In this document: one piece after another, positions 12,753-26,452 of the stretch | Position numbering within the stretch: position 1 is the stretch's first letter | Layout: each line of letters opens with the position of its first letter | Source: Octopus sinensis | Taxonomy: Eukaryota | Direction of reading: 5' to 3' | Length of the DNA stretch: 64,000 nucleotides | Assembly: GCF_006345805.1 (NCBI RefSeq) | Contig: NC_043024.1 | Span: forward strand, 18,290,001 to 18,354,000 | Translations under genes and position numbers: made by a program | The notes under the pieces: generated by a model | What the model was told of the DNA's origin: nothing | What the model saw: the letters and a program-made list of their open reading frames with translations, nothing else | Database searches by the model: none

Positions 12753-13246
12753 TATGTTTGACTTTTGCTTTACATTTGCACAAGCTGGCTCCAAGTCTCA
12801 CCCAGAGACCTCAAAAGACAACAGGTTGGAAGTTCATGTTGTTATGCCTAGTGTGCCATATATTTGGTTTTTTTTTTCTTGGTGTTGTACTAGTGCAGTG
12901 CTTTTCAAACTTTTTGCTGGAGCGGAACCCCAAAGAAACATTCCACTGGCTCGAAGAACCCCTGTGCAATAATTTAATTGTCTTATGCACACATATCTGC
13001 ACAGGAGAATTAAAAATTACTGCCGATTTTAGCAGTTTTGTAACTTCTTGCGGAACCCCTGGACTGTACTGGCGGAACCCTAAGGTTCCGCGGAACACTG
13101 GTTGAAAACCACTGTACTAGTGAATAAAAAATTAAAAAATTATGTTTGTTTTAAGCCCTGAGATTGCATAGAAAGTATTTTGTGTCGGATATGAGCAGTT
13201 CCCATGAGCACTATCTTTTGAATTTCTGCCATTTTTGGGTTTCCTT
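12751..13246 (-). mobile_element. 5'-truncated R4/Dong LINE 3' end, interrupted by a hAT MITE
   Basis: Reverse complement of 25512-25823 (GNPKMAEIQKIVLMGTAHI.. plus 3' UTR); (TAA)n on both sides. Confidence 0.9.
12896..13114. mobile_element. hAT-superfamily MITE (219 bp)
   Basis: TIRs CAGTGCTTTTCAA / TTGAAAACCACTG; exact 8-bp TSD TACTAGTG at 12888-12895 and 13115-13122; empty site present once in the paralog at ~25689. Confidence 0.92.
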
Positions 13247-13257
13247 ATTATTATTAC

Positions 13258-13296
<39 letters not shown>

Positions 13297-13299
<3 letters not shown>

Positions 13300-13510
13300 G
13301 GCAGAAAGCTGGTAGAATCGTTAGCATCCTGGGAGAAATACTGCTAAGCATTTCGTTCTGACTTCAAATTCCTTTGAGTTTGCCTTTGTCTTTCATTTTT
13401 TTCAGGGTCAATAAAATAAGTACCAGCTGAGCACTGGGGTTGATTTAATCAACTATCCCTCTCCCTGACAATTTCAGGCGTTGTTTCAAAATTTAAAATC
13501 ATTATTTCTA
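13297..13510 (+). mobile_element. SINE family S2
   Basis: GGTAGAATCGTTAGCATC head and TAAGTACCAG core immediately after (TTA)n. Confidence 0.75.
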
Positions 13511-13527
13511 TTATCCTCGTATGTTCC

Positions 13528-13988
13528 CAGGAGTGGCTGAGTGGTACGTAGCTTGCTTACCAGCCACATGGTTCCGGGTTCAGTCCTACTGCGTGGCACC
13601 TTGGGCAAGTGTCTTCTACTATAGCCTCAGGCAGATTAACGCCTTGTGAGTGGATTTGGTAGACGGAAACTAAAAGAATCCCGTCGTATATATGCGTGTG
13701 TGTGTGTGTGTGTGTGTATGTTGGAGGTCATCTTTACCTTGCTATCTCTCCTACTTTCCTTCTCGTGTTTGACCCTTCTGCCCAAGTCAGATGCCATGAT
13801 AGATCGTTAGCCACTACACACATTTTTTCTCTCCTTGTTTCTCTCCTTGTTTTTTCTGTGTCCCTTTCTGTGGAAGAGCGTAGGCTCGAAACGTAAAAGA
13901 CTTTTTCTATTCCTAAGTGTTATACTAATACATCTGTTTGTTTTGTACACCACCTGTCTTCGTCCTTTGTTTTTTTCGTAAACACTCC

Positions 13989-14035
<47 letters not shown>

Positions 14036-14280
14036 AGTATGTATATGTTTGTGTGACTGTGTTTGTCCCCTCAACATCACTTGATAACCGATGCTGGTGT
14101 GTTTACGTCCCCGTGACTTAGCGTTTCAGCAAGAGAGACCGATAGAATATGTACTAGGCTTCCAAAGAATAAGTCCAGGGGTCGATGGTCGATTTGCTCG
14201 CCTAAAGGCGGTGCTCCAGCATGGCCACAGTCAAAATGATTGAACCAAATAGAAGAATAGAAGAATAAAAGAATGTCTAA
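13528..14280 (+). mobile_element. SINE family S1 with a ~270-bp hammerhead-like element inserted in its internal microsatellite
   Basis: S1 5' half 13528-13690, 3' half 14045-14280; insert contains CTTT-CTGTGGA-A-GAGC-gtag-GCTC-GAAACGTA-AAAG at 13864-13899. Confidence 0.75.
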
Positions 14281-14499
14281 ATCTGCCATTCTCTTGCTTT
14301 TCTGTTTGTTCTTCTTTATCTCTTCAAATAAATGGTTTGGCAGCAGAGTGTCTCACTCTGTTATTTTAAACTGGCAGACACTGAGATTCCAGTGGGAGAT
14401 TCCGTGTCCATTTTAAGACTCAAGGAGTGTGTTCGGGAGGTGGGGGTCCCTATAATATTATTCTTTAGTCAGCCATCAAAGCTTCGTTCATTGCTTTCT

Positions 14500-14540
14500 T
14501 TCTTTCCTTCTTTCTGTTTCATTTCTTTATTCCTTTATTC

Positions 14541-14622
<82 letters not shown>

Positions 14623-14684
14623 CTCTCTTTCTCTTTCCCTCTCTTTCTTTCACTCTTTCTTTCTTTCTTCCCTCCTTTCTTTTT

Positions 14685-14719
<35 letters not shown>

Positions 14720-14950
14720 CTCTCTTTCTTTCTTTCTTTCTTTCTCCCTCACTCTCTCTCTCTTTCTTTCTCTCTCTTTCTTTCTCTTTCTTCCTTCTTT
14801 CTTTCTTTCTTTTTCTCTCTCTTTCTTTCCTTCTTTCTTTCTTTCTTTCTTCCTTCCTTTCTTTCTTTCTCTCTTTCTTTCTTTATTTATATTCTTTCTT
14901 TCTTTCGTTCTTTCTCTCTCTCTCTCTCTCTCTCTTCTCTTTCTTTCCTT
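14500..14950 (+). repeat. (CTTT)n/(CT)n polypyrimidine tract
   Basis: Direct inspection. Confidence 0.97.
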
Positions 14951-15034
14951 ATTTATTTACCCATTTCTATTTCATCATATCCATGTGTCATTTTAAATAT
15001 TCTACAAGAGCTTTTTTCCTAACAGAAAATCAAT

Positions 15035-15215
15035 ATGTCGTCGTCGTCCTCCTCCCTCCTCCTCCCCCTCCTCCCCCTCCTCCTCCTCATCATCATCATC
15101 AACATCACCACCACCTTCATCATCATCATCATCATCACCATCATCATTATTATCATCATCTTCATCATCATCATCATCATCATCCTCACCATCACCACCA
15201 CCACCACCACCACAC

Positions 15216-15248
<33 letters not shown>

Positions 15249-15330
15249 TATTTCATCATCGTCATCCTCATCACTTCCACAACCGCCACTGCCACTGCCG
15301 CCGTCGTCGCCACCACCACTACCATCCTTA
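15035..15330 (+). repeat. (CCT)n/(CAT)n/(CAC)n trinucleotide tract
   Basis: Direct inspection. Confidence 0.95.
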
Positions 15331-15649
15331 TGTGTGTGAGCGTTTTTAATATAACGTTTAAGTGCGTGTTTTTTTTCTTTTTCAAGTATTATTGTTGCTT
15401 TCGTTAAATATTATCTAAGATAATTTAAAACCAACCACTGTTATTGTCTTCTCTTTCCGTCCACCCATCACACGTCCACCTACCCGTTCATGAGAATCAG
15501 TGGAGGAGGACCAGGGTATGGGTATGGGTAGGGTGAGGCGGAACAAAAAGAGAAAATGTAAAAAAAAAAGCAAGGCAACAAAGAAAAAATAAGTACAAAG
15601 AAATAAACAGTCTCCATGTTTGTGTGTTTTGTCTTTAACAGACAACTAT

Positions 15650-15692
<43 letters not shown>

Positions 15693-15797
15693 GTTGTCTG
15701 TGTGTGTATATATGTATGTATGTATTTATATGTGTGTATGTGTGTGTATACATATATGCATACATATATCTATATACTATATGTATGTATGTATGTA

Positions 15798-15864
<67 letters not shown>

Positions 15865-16107
15865 ATATATATATATGCATATAACATATGTATATGTGGT
15901 TTGTGTGCATGCATGTATATATGTCTATATGTGTGTGTGATATTTGCTCCTACACACTGATATACAGCAGGACACATGGATGCATACATGCATATATAAC
16001 TATGTATATACATATACATACGTAAATGCGGCATATATATATTGTGGATACATGCATTTGCATAAGTACATGGATGCATGTATATACATACATACATAAT
16101 ATATATA

Positions 16108-16138
<31 letters not shown>

Positions 16139-16784
16139 ATTACATATAATACATACACAAGCACATATATAATATATATGTATATACATATATATATTTT
16201 TTGTACATACATAGATGTGTATATATATTTGTGGGTGTATGTACGTATCTATATACAGTATACGTATATGCATGTTTACACACACGCACACACGACCACA
16301 CACACACATGCACACATGCACACACATTATTTTGTTGGTTTTTATCTTTTTTCTTTTTAACCTTTACATTTGTAGTTGACGCTTTTCAAGTGAAGAACTC
16401 CATCAAACCATTTCTAAACAGAGTTCTTTGTTACATAAGACAGACATGTTAAAACTGTTCTATAACTTAAGCCAAACATTTTAACCATTCTAAGCCCAGA
16501 TAATCAAAATGGATCTTCAAAGCTTCAGAAAATATAGTATAACTTATTAAAGTCTTTTTAAAACATTTATTAAAACTCTATTAAAAATTAATAAAAGAAA
16601 TATTTAGGCATGGCTGTGTGGTAAGAAATTCGCTTCTTGATCACAGGGTTCTGGGTTCAGTCCCACTGTGTAGCACTTGGGCAAATGTCTTCTACAATAG
16701 CCTTGGGCCAACCAAAGCCTTCTGAGTGGATTTGGTATCTTTCTCTCTCTCGGTCTCTCTCTCTCTCTATCTATATTTATACAT

Positions 16785-17290
16785 ATATATTTATAATAAT
16801 AACAATAATAATGAGATTTTTGTATACAGTGCTCAGGTGCACCACAACTTGTCAAAAGTGCATATAAAGCATATGCAGTAATGTACAAATGTCTGGGAGG
16901 TGAACAGTGTATGAGTCAGATACATGCTTGCGTGTGTATGGAGGGGAGAAAATCAGGTGTAGTGTTGGCGAATCTCAGGAAGCATGGAAGTTTTGAAGGA
17001 TGCAGTGCTCTGACAACTAACAACTGATGTCGGCAGTTTGTTCCATGCTTCAGCAACTCTTAGCGTGAAGAAATGTTTCCTAAAGTCATGGGAGCTGTGC
17101 TGTTTTCTGACTTTGTAAACATGTCCCTGGGTGTTAGACAGGTGGAGTTTGAAAAGGTGTTATTGTTTGTAAGATGGTTAATAGTTTTATGGGTGTCTGC
17201 CAAGTCAGCTGCCAGACGTCGGAGTTTCAATGTATCCATGCCCAGGGAAGTAAGGCGTTCAGAATATGGCAAATGCCTGATGGAGAGTAT
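16785..17290 (-). mobile_element. CR1-clade LINE 3' end with (ATT)n tail
   Basis: LPYSERLTSLGMDTLKLRRLAADL...; after frameshift RKHFFTLRVAEAWNKLP, a typical CR1 ORF2 terminus. Confidence 0.88.
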
Positions 17291-17422
17291 TCTCTTTATA
17301 TGTGTGTGTGTGTCTTTGTGTCTGTGTTTGTCCTCCACCACTGCTGACAACCAGTGTTGGTGTGTTTACATCCATGTAACATAGTGGTTCAGCAAAAGAG
17401 CTTGATAGAATAAATACCAGAC

Positions 17423-17464
<42 letters not shown>

Positions 17465-17600
17465 AAGTCTGGGGTCAATTCCTGTGGCTAAAAATTCTGG
17501 GGGAGCTGTCTCGACACCGATTGTCTGTTGTGACATGGTTTCTATGACTGGATGCCCTTCCTAACACCAACTACTTTACAGTGTGTACTGGGCACAGGTT

Positions 17601-17903
17601 TTGTTTGTTCCTTCTCGAGCCACGCCTGGCTCATAAGGGCTGGTTTCCCGGTTTCCTTGGCATGTAGAATTCCCCACCTGGACGGGGCGCCGGTCCGTCG
17701 CAGGTGAGCTGCAAGATGCAGGAAGAAAGAGAGAGAGAAAGTTGTGGCAAAAGAATCAGCAAAAGTTTGCCATAACCTTCTGCCAGAGCTGCGTGGAACT
17801 TAGGTGTTTCGCTCATAAACACACACATCGCCCGGTCTGAGATTCGAACCTGCGATCCCTCGACCGTGAGTCTGCTGCTCAAACCACTAGGCCATGTACC
17901 TCC
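17601..17903 (-). mobile_element. SINE family S3 in the same nested context as 7965-8252
   Basis: Same head, tail and flanks as the 8-kb copy. Confidence 0.8.
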
Positions 17904-18624
17904 ACACTGGGCATGGGTGCATTTCAATGGCACTGATACGGGTGTTTTTTTTTTATATGGCAAAGTACAATTTTCTCAAGAAAGCCAAGTGAAAATAATG
18001 TTTTCTTTTGACACATTCTACCAGTATACGAAGTTTTAAAGAATTTAGTTAACTAGAAATTGTGTTGAAATCTGGCTATCAAAAGGAAAATATCCGAAGG
18101 CACTTGCCCAAGGTTCCACACAGTGGGACTGAACCCAGAACCATGTGGTTCGTAAACAAGCTACTTACCACCGAGCCACTCCTGTGCCTTTTAAGATGGG
18201 CTGAATCCTGGAAGCACTGGATTGTGATATGCTGGTACATGTCTAGGAAGAATCCTCTTATTGCTCTGATGTTGCCCGTGTGCAGGTGGTGGCCACATTG
18301 AACACTTGTAAGACAGGAAATAAAAGTTGATTGTGAGTAAATACTTGGGACTTCCTGGAGTTTTCTATTGCATTTGCTTATTAAATATTGCATAATGAAA
18401 TTGGTTCATTCTTTTTGAATAACCCAGTGTATGATGGGCTTCTTCTAGTTTCTATCTCCCAAATCCACTCACAAAGCCTTGATTGGTCTGGAGCTGTTGC
18501 TGGAGACATTTCTACTAGCCTAGGGTGCCATGTAATGAGATTGAACCCATGACCATATGGATGTGAAGCAAACTTCTTAACCATGTAACCATGTCTGCTC
18601 TTTAAATAATTTCTAAGTAAAATC

Positions 18625-18910
18625 TCACTTCAACATTTAAGTTTAATTTGTCAAAATATTTTCATCACTTTAAGACCGCGATCTGTTCACTGACAAAAAT
18701 CTGTGCTGCATCTCAGATTTTTGTCAGTGAACAGGTCACGGTCTTAAAGCGACGAAAGTGTTTCGACAAATTAAACTTAAATGTTGAAGTGAATCGAACG
18801 GCTTTTGTGTGTTTCTTAAATGGCTTACAAACACCTTCCACGCTGCAATTGTTTTCGTTTCAGCACACGATCTCAGATTAGGTCACTTGCTATGCAAGTA
18901 CATCTCCGTA
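18625..18910. mobile_element. Non-autonomous element ending in a 79-bp fold-back hairpin
   Basis: Arms 18625-18703 and 18714-18792, 10-nt loop, 7 mismatches, all transitions. Confidence 0.7.
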
Positions 18911-18934
18911 AGCAAAATCTATTCTTCCCATTTT

Positions 18935-20940
<2,006 letters not shown>

Positions 20941-21810
20941 TTCTCAATGCTGCAGTTGCTGCTGCTGCTCCTGCTCCACAACTTCAATCCCGGTATTTAT
21001 TCTATTAGTCACTTTTGCTGAACCGCTAAGTTATGGGGATGTAAATACAATTTGCCAAGCTCCTTTTAATTTCTCTTCGTCAAATCCACTCACAAGGTTT
21101 TTGGTCAGTTCAGACCTATAGCAGAAGACAATTGTCCAAGTGGTAGTGCAGTGGGATTGAACCCAAGTCTACATGGTTAGAAAGCCTGCTTCTTAACCAC
21201 ACAGCTATGCTTGCATCATAGAATCCAGCCATAAACTCACACCACAAAGAACTCTTCGTACCAAACCTTTGCCAGCATGGAAAACAAATGCACCAACTAA
21301 CAAATGTATCTGTATGTATGCGTATGTGCGTGTGTGAGAGTGTAATCAAAAATAAAGTCACCATCATCATCATCATCATCACATCATTTAACATCTGCTT
21401 GCTATGCTGGCATGGGTTGGATGGTTTGGCAGGAGTTGGCCAGGTAGAAGGCAGCACCAAGCTTCACTGTCTGTTTTGGTATGGTTTTTATGGTTGGATA
21501 CCCTTCCTAGCACCAACTCTCCTGCAAAGTGGACTGAGTGTTTTTTACATGGCACCAGTACAGGAGAAATCAGTTTTGACATGGTTTTTCCTGCTGAATG
21601 CCATTCCAAATGCCAACCATTTCATAGTGTGGACTGCATGATTCCGTTAGGAATGTATTAGAGTACAAAATAGAGCTCATTCACCCTAAGAATTACCAAA
21701 TAGCTGGTATTATTTGAAGTCTAGGCTTAGTAGTATTTATTAAACAGCTGTCTAAATGTACACCTTCCTGTTGACTCTATTTATTCAATTTATATATATA
21801 TATATCAATA

Positions 21811-21864
<54 letters not shown>

Positions 21865-21895
21865 CATATTGAAATGCAAGTAGTACATTTCTCTA

Positions 21896-22216
21896 GTCTA
21901 TATCTATAAAACAGTCCTTGGACGAAAATTGTATGCACATTTTGCTTTGACGGTTAATGGAAGCCAAACCGAGGCTAGGATTGAGCTGAAAATTGGTAGG
22001 GATACTAAATGTGTGGTGAGGATGAGACCCGTGATGGTTAAAATTCACAAGTTATAAAGATGTGGTTGCTATGGCAAAATGAGTGATTTTTATCGATTCA
22101 AGGGAGTCCAGAAACCCTCTAGGTTTGTGAATTTGGCTTTTAATGCCCGGGCGGCATGCACTGCAGGCTGTTGTGCTTAATAAACATACATTTTGTCGCA
22201 AAATTCCAGCTACTAG
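21896..22216 (+). mobile_element. Possible non-autonomous Helitron
   Basis: 5' TCTATATCTATAAAAC start; CTAG at 22213-22216; subterminal hairpin not clear. Confidence 0.35.
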
Positions 22217-22559
22217 GAAACGATTTTTCATTGTGAAAAACGGGTACCTTTTGCCCTTATTTTCTTTTTAATCTTTTTATAAAAGTGAAAGGATTTCGTC
22301 TATTTATTTCTGCTGTCCACTTATGGCGGTGATTCAGTTGACTAGGAAAACTATACGTGATGAATTTCCAATACCAAACTATCTTAATCTACATATTGAA
22401 ACTGCATTAAACTTTGGCAAGCTTACCTTTACCTATTCTGAGTTACTTAAAAGGTGATGTTCCCTCCCCTCTCTTCTGATTGTTGATACCTTTTTTTTTT
22501 TACCTTTGATACCGTTGTTTCACTTTAAGGATACTTCTTTACCCAGCCATTATGATATT

Positions 22560-23315
22560 TTGACTGCTGTCCATTGTTTCAAATACGTTTTAGCATTGTC
22601 ATTCTAGCCTTTTTTAAACATTCACATATGATTTGTCCCAAAGAATCAACCTTTAAATAAGTTTTGCTTCCACTAGCGAAAGCTACACATATCTTTCAGG
22701 AAGCTCCATACTAATTTAACTTTATTCAGCATTGGCTGTTAGTTTATGTGCACACTATGTGGGAAGATAGAATGAAGGGGCTTTTGTTAGCTTTTCTCTC
22801 CGAAAAAATAGCTCCCTTTGCTGTTGAAAAAAATAAATTCGCAGAGGGGAAGTTTCAACATCTTCCTTCAATTTCCTTACACCATTTATGTGGCTGTTTC
22901 TGACAAGAAATTTCGCTTTCATGTAAAGCAACTATATTTTGTAGTCATTATCCGTAATCTACTCCCAAAAGCCTTCAGTAGCTCTACTTTACATCGCTTG
23001 CAAACATATGTTCTATGATAATCAAAGTGCAACGACCTCCACAATAACCAGCCTTCAATTTGTTTCTCCATTCCTAGGTTAATCGGAAATAGATTGCCAT
23101 GCTACGCATAAACCTTTTCGGTAGTTCAATTATTTGGTGAAAAAAATACCACAAAAGCAACTTAAACCATCCAAAGGATGGGTGCATTTGCTAGTAAATA
23201 CATAATTATCTGATAAAATGTAACAAATTGCTTTACTCTGTAGTTTTCATCTGCTGTCTTTGAGCAGAGGAATTAGGTTTGGTTTGAACCATTTCTATCT
23301 TTCTCGAGTCTTTAC
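22560..23315 (-). mobile_element. Possible degenerate L1/Tx1-like LINE C-terminal remnant
   Basis: Broken minus frame ...YCGGRCTLIIIEHMFAS...WCKEIEGRC resembles a zinc-knuckle tail; many stops. Confidence 0.3.
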
Positions 23316-23619
23316 TAGAGCAAAAAAAAAAAATAAATAAGAATAGAAAATTTAGTGGCATATTACTATCTTTAGTAGACATATATTCATGGAAATAAAT
23401 CTAATCTTTCCTAATAAAGGCACAAGGGCTGACATTTTGTGGAAGGGATCCAGTTGATTACATCAACCCCAGTGCACGACTGGTACTTAATTTATAGACT
23501 TTGAAAGGATGAAAGGCAAATCAACCTTGGTGGAATTTGAACTCAGAACATAAAGATGGATGAAATGCCACTAAGCTTTTTGCCTGACATGCTAATGATT
23601 CTGTCACCACACCACCTTA

Positions 23620-23635
23620 TATAATAATAATAATG

Positions 23636-23678
<43 letters not shown>

Positions 23679-23779
23679 TAACAATAATAATAATAATAAC
23701 AATAACAATAACAATAATAATAATAATAATAATAACAATAACAATAACAACAACAACAACAACAACAATAATAATAATA

Positions 23780-23811
<32 letters not shown>
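23620..23811 (+). repeat. (AAT)n/(AAC)n microsatellite (Dong target)
   Basis: Direct inspection. Confidence 0.97.
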
Positions 23812-23813
<2 letters not shown>

Positions 23814-25823
23814 CTTCTTGACTGTAAGTATGAGATCATGGAGAACCACACTAACTCTGAACAGTGACAATGAATCCCTAAATGCTGGTGATGTAAAAAT
23901 TTCGTGTGGCATTTTCCAGGGTGACTTACTGTCACCACTCCTCTTTTGTTTATCCTTAATACCTCTCTCAAAGCTGCTCAATGACGCGCAGTACGGGTAT
24001 AAAATGTTTGATAAAAATATAAATCATCTCATTTACATGGATGATTTAAAGCTTTTTGCAAAAAATGACCAACAACTCAAGGGCTTACTAGCAATAGTCA
24101 AACAATTCAGTGACGACATCAGAATGCAATTCGGCCTCGATAAATGTGCAAAGGCTACCTTTATCAAAGGAAAAAATGACAGAAACATCTAACGTTAACC
24201 TTGACCAACAGAATGTCATAAAAGAACTAGACCCAGCGGAGAGCTACAAGTACCTAGGGGTAATTGAAGGGAACGGAATAAGGCATTCAGAGATGAAGGA
24301 AAGGATCAGGAGAGAATGCTATCGAAGAGTGAGAGCAATACTCAAGACAGAGCTGAATGCAAGAAACAGGATCGAAGCAATCAATGCATTAGCTATACCA
24401 GTCGTGACTTACAGTTTCAATATTGTTAACTGGTCAATTACTGAAATATGTCAGCTCGACAGAAAAATAGGAAACTGTTGACAATGCATAGAATGCACCA
24501 CCCTAAGGCAGATACAGAACGACTCTATCTGCCAAGAAAAGAGGGAGGCCGTGGTCTTTTGCAACTGGCAATAACAATGAAGATTGCTACAATTGGCCTA
24601 GACACTTACCTGAAAAACTCTGAGGACTGGATGTTAAAACTTGTCTCAAAACATGAAAACAAGAAAGCATCATACTCAGTCACAAAACAGGCAAAGGAAT
24701 ATCTAAGTGAATTCCGAATACAACCAATTTCGGAATTAGAGATAGACATACAAGAAACAAACACAGAAAAAGCTAAGCGCATGAAAATCCGTGCCATAAC
24801 TGCGGCCTTAGATATTCTGAATAATAAATGGCAAGAAAAACCTCTCTATGGCAAATACCCAAAGAGAGCGAATAATGCAGATATCGACAAAGCCCTGACC
24901 CATCAATGGCTAATGGCCTCTGGCTTAAAATCTGAAACAGAGGGGTTTATCATAGCAGCTCAAGATCAATGCCTACCAACAAGAAACTACCAGGCCAACA
25001 TATTAAAGAACGGCAGTAGCCCAACATGTCGTGTATGCCGACAACAAAATGAAACCATTGACCATGTTGTCTCCAAATGCAGTCTTCTAGCGCCTACAGA
25101 GTACCTCAGTAGGCATGATAGAGCAGCACAATATATTCACTGGGTAATCTGCAAAAACCTGGATTTGCCCCATGAAAAAAACTGGTGGGAACACAATCCA
25201 CCTCCTGTGCTTGAAAATGACCACATCTCACTCCTCTGGAACTTCACCATTCAAACTGACAAGAAGATAGATGCAAATAGGCCAGACATCATATTGAAAG
25301 ACTTCAGACAAAGAACATGCCTCCTCATTGATATGACTGTCCCAATCGATATAAACGTATCTGTCAAGACCTACCAAAAACTGAGCAAGTATAAAGATCT
25401 TGAAATAGAAATCAGCAAAATGTGGAAGCTGAAGACTAAAACAATACCTGTTGTCATAGGTGCCCTGGGAATGATAGCAAAAGGGGCTGATAGCTACCTA
25501 ACTCAGATACCAGGAAACCCCAAAATGGCAGAAATTCAAAAGATAGTGCTCATGGGAACTGCTCATATCCTACGCAAAATACTCTCTATGTAATCCCAAG
25601 GTTTAAAACAAACTTTCTTTTTTCTATTTTTATTTATTTATTTATTTATTTTTTTTGTTTATTTTTTATTTTTATGTATTAGACATTCACTAGTACAACA
25701 CCCCCCCAAAAAAACCAAAAAAAAACCAAATATGGCACAGAACTTCTAACCTGTTGTCTCTTGAGGTCTCTGGGTGAGACTTGGAGCCAACTTGTACAGA
25801 CATAAAGCAAAAGTCAAACATAG
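23812..25823 (+). mobile_element. 5'-truncated R4/Dong-clade non-LTR retrotransposon inserted in (TAA)n
   Basis: RT motifs GIFQGDLLSPLLF and YMDD; CCHC knuckle CRVC..ETIDHVVSKC; RHD; restriction-like endonuclease RPDII..IDMTVP..K..KY; 3' UTR ending CAAACATAG(AAT)n. Confidence 0.93.
23818..25593 (+). pseudogene. R4/Dong RT plus REL endonuclease ORF, two frameshifts (~24170, ~24470)
   Basis: ORF-track pieces 23818-24192, 24110-24481 and 24448-25593 join into one continuous protein. Confidence 0.9.
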
Positions 25824-25837
25824 AATAATAATAATAA

Positions 25838-26387
25838 AATGCCCTGATGAGGCAGTGGCTCTCATGGCTTCTGATCTTAACTGATTGGAAGTGTTATCAT
25901 GTACATTGTTTTGTCTTGGTATAAAAGATGGGCTACAGCAAATATTCTGCTCAATACCACAGATTTGCTTGTCAGTTGTTTGACCTTAACCAGTTGAGCA
26001 TGTCCCTTAGTGGCTGACAGTATGTGCATCTCTGATCACGAGCAGAAGTAGTGGGGGAGCATCATAGCCATGTGTTGTGAGGGATTCTTTGGGGTTTGGA
26101 TAATTCACCTTTGGAAACATGGGTGGTTCGTTCAACAATCTTAAACAATCCTTATTCAGGGACCTTTTGAGCGGGATGGGCTACTCAACCTGAAGAAAAT
26201 TCTAACTGGGCCCCACCTGCAAGGTCATGTGCTGTTTATCTTGATATGAGATCACCATGTCGTGCACATATGGTTGTGATGCATGTGCCTGGTGTACCCT
26301 TATCAGACGGGTAGTCATGATGGGTATATTGGGCTTCGTATATTTTACCCCAGTGTCACTTTGATGGCATGCTCTGCTCTCTCACTC
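25838..26387 (+). mobile_element. Non-coding (TAA)n-targeted element B
   Basis: Begins ATGCCCTGATG..GGCAGTGGCTCTC after (AAT)n, ends CTCTCTCACTC(AAT)n; copies at 12114-12697 and 57003-57110. Confidence 0.8.

Positions 26388-26452
<65 letters not shown>

Noticed and set aside
14332-14500. Possible host exon MVWQQSVSLCYFKLADTEIPVGD..
   Set aside because: No recognisable domain, weak splice signals, and the ORF length comes from the adjacent (CTTT)n tract.
25838-26170. HDV-like ribozyme in element B (GCCCTGA could pair with TCAGGGAC)
   Set aside because: No P3/L3 element precedes the putative P1 3' strand, and no P2 or J4/2 could be assigned by hand.
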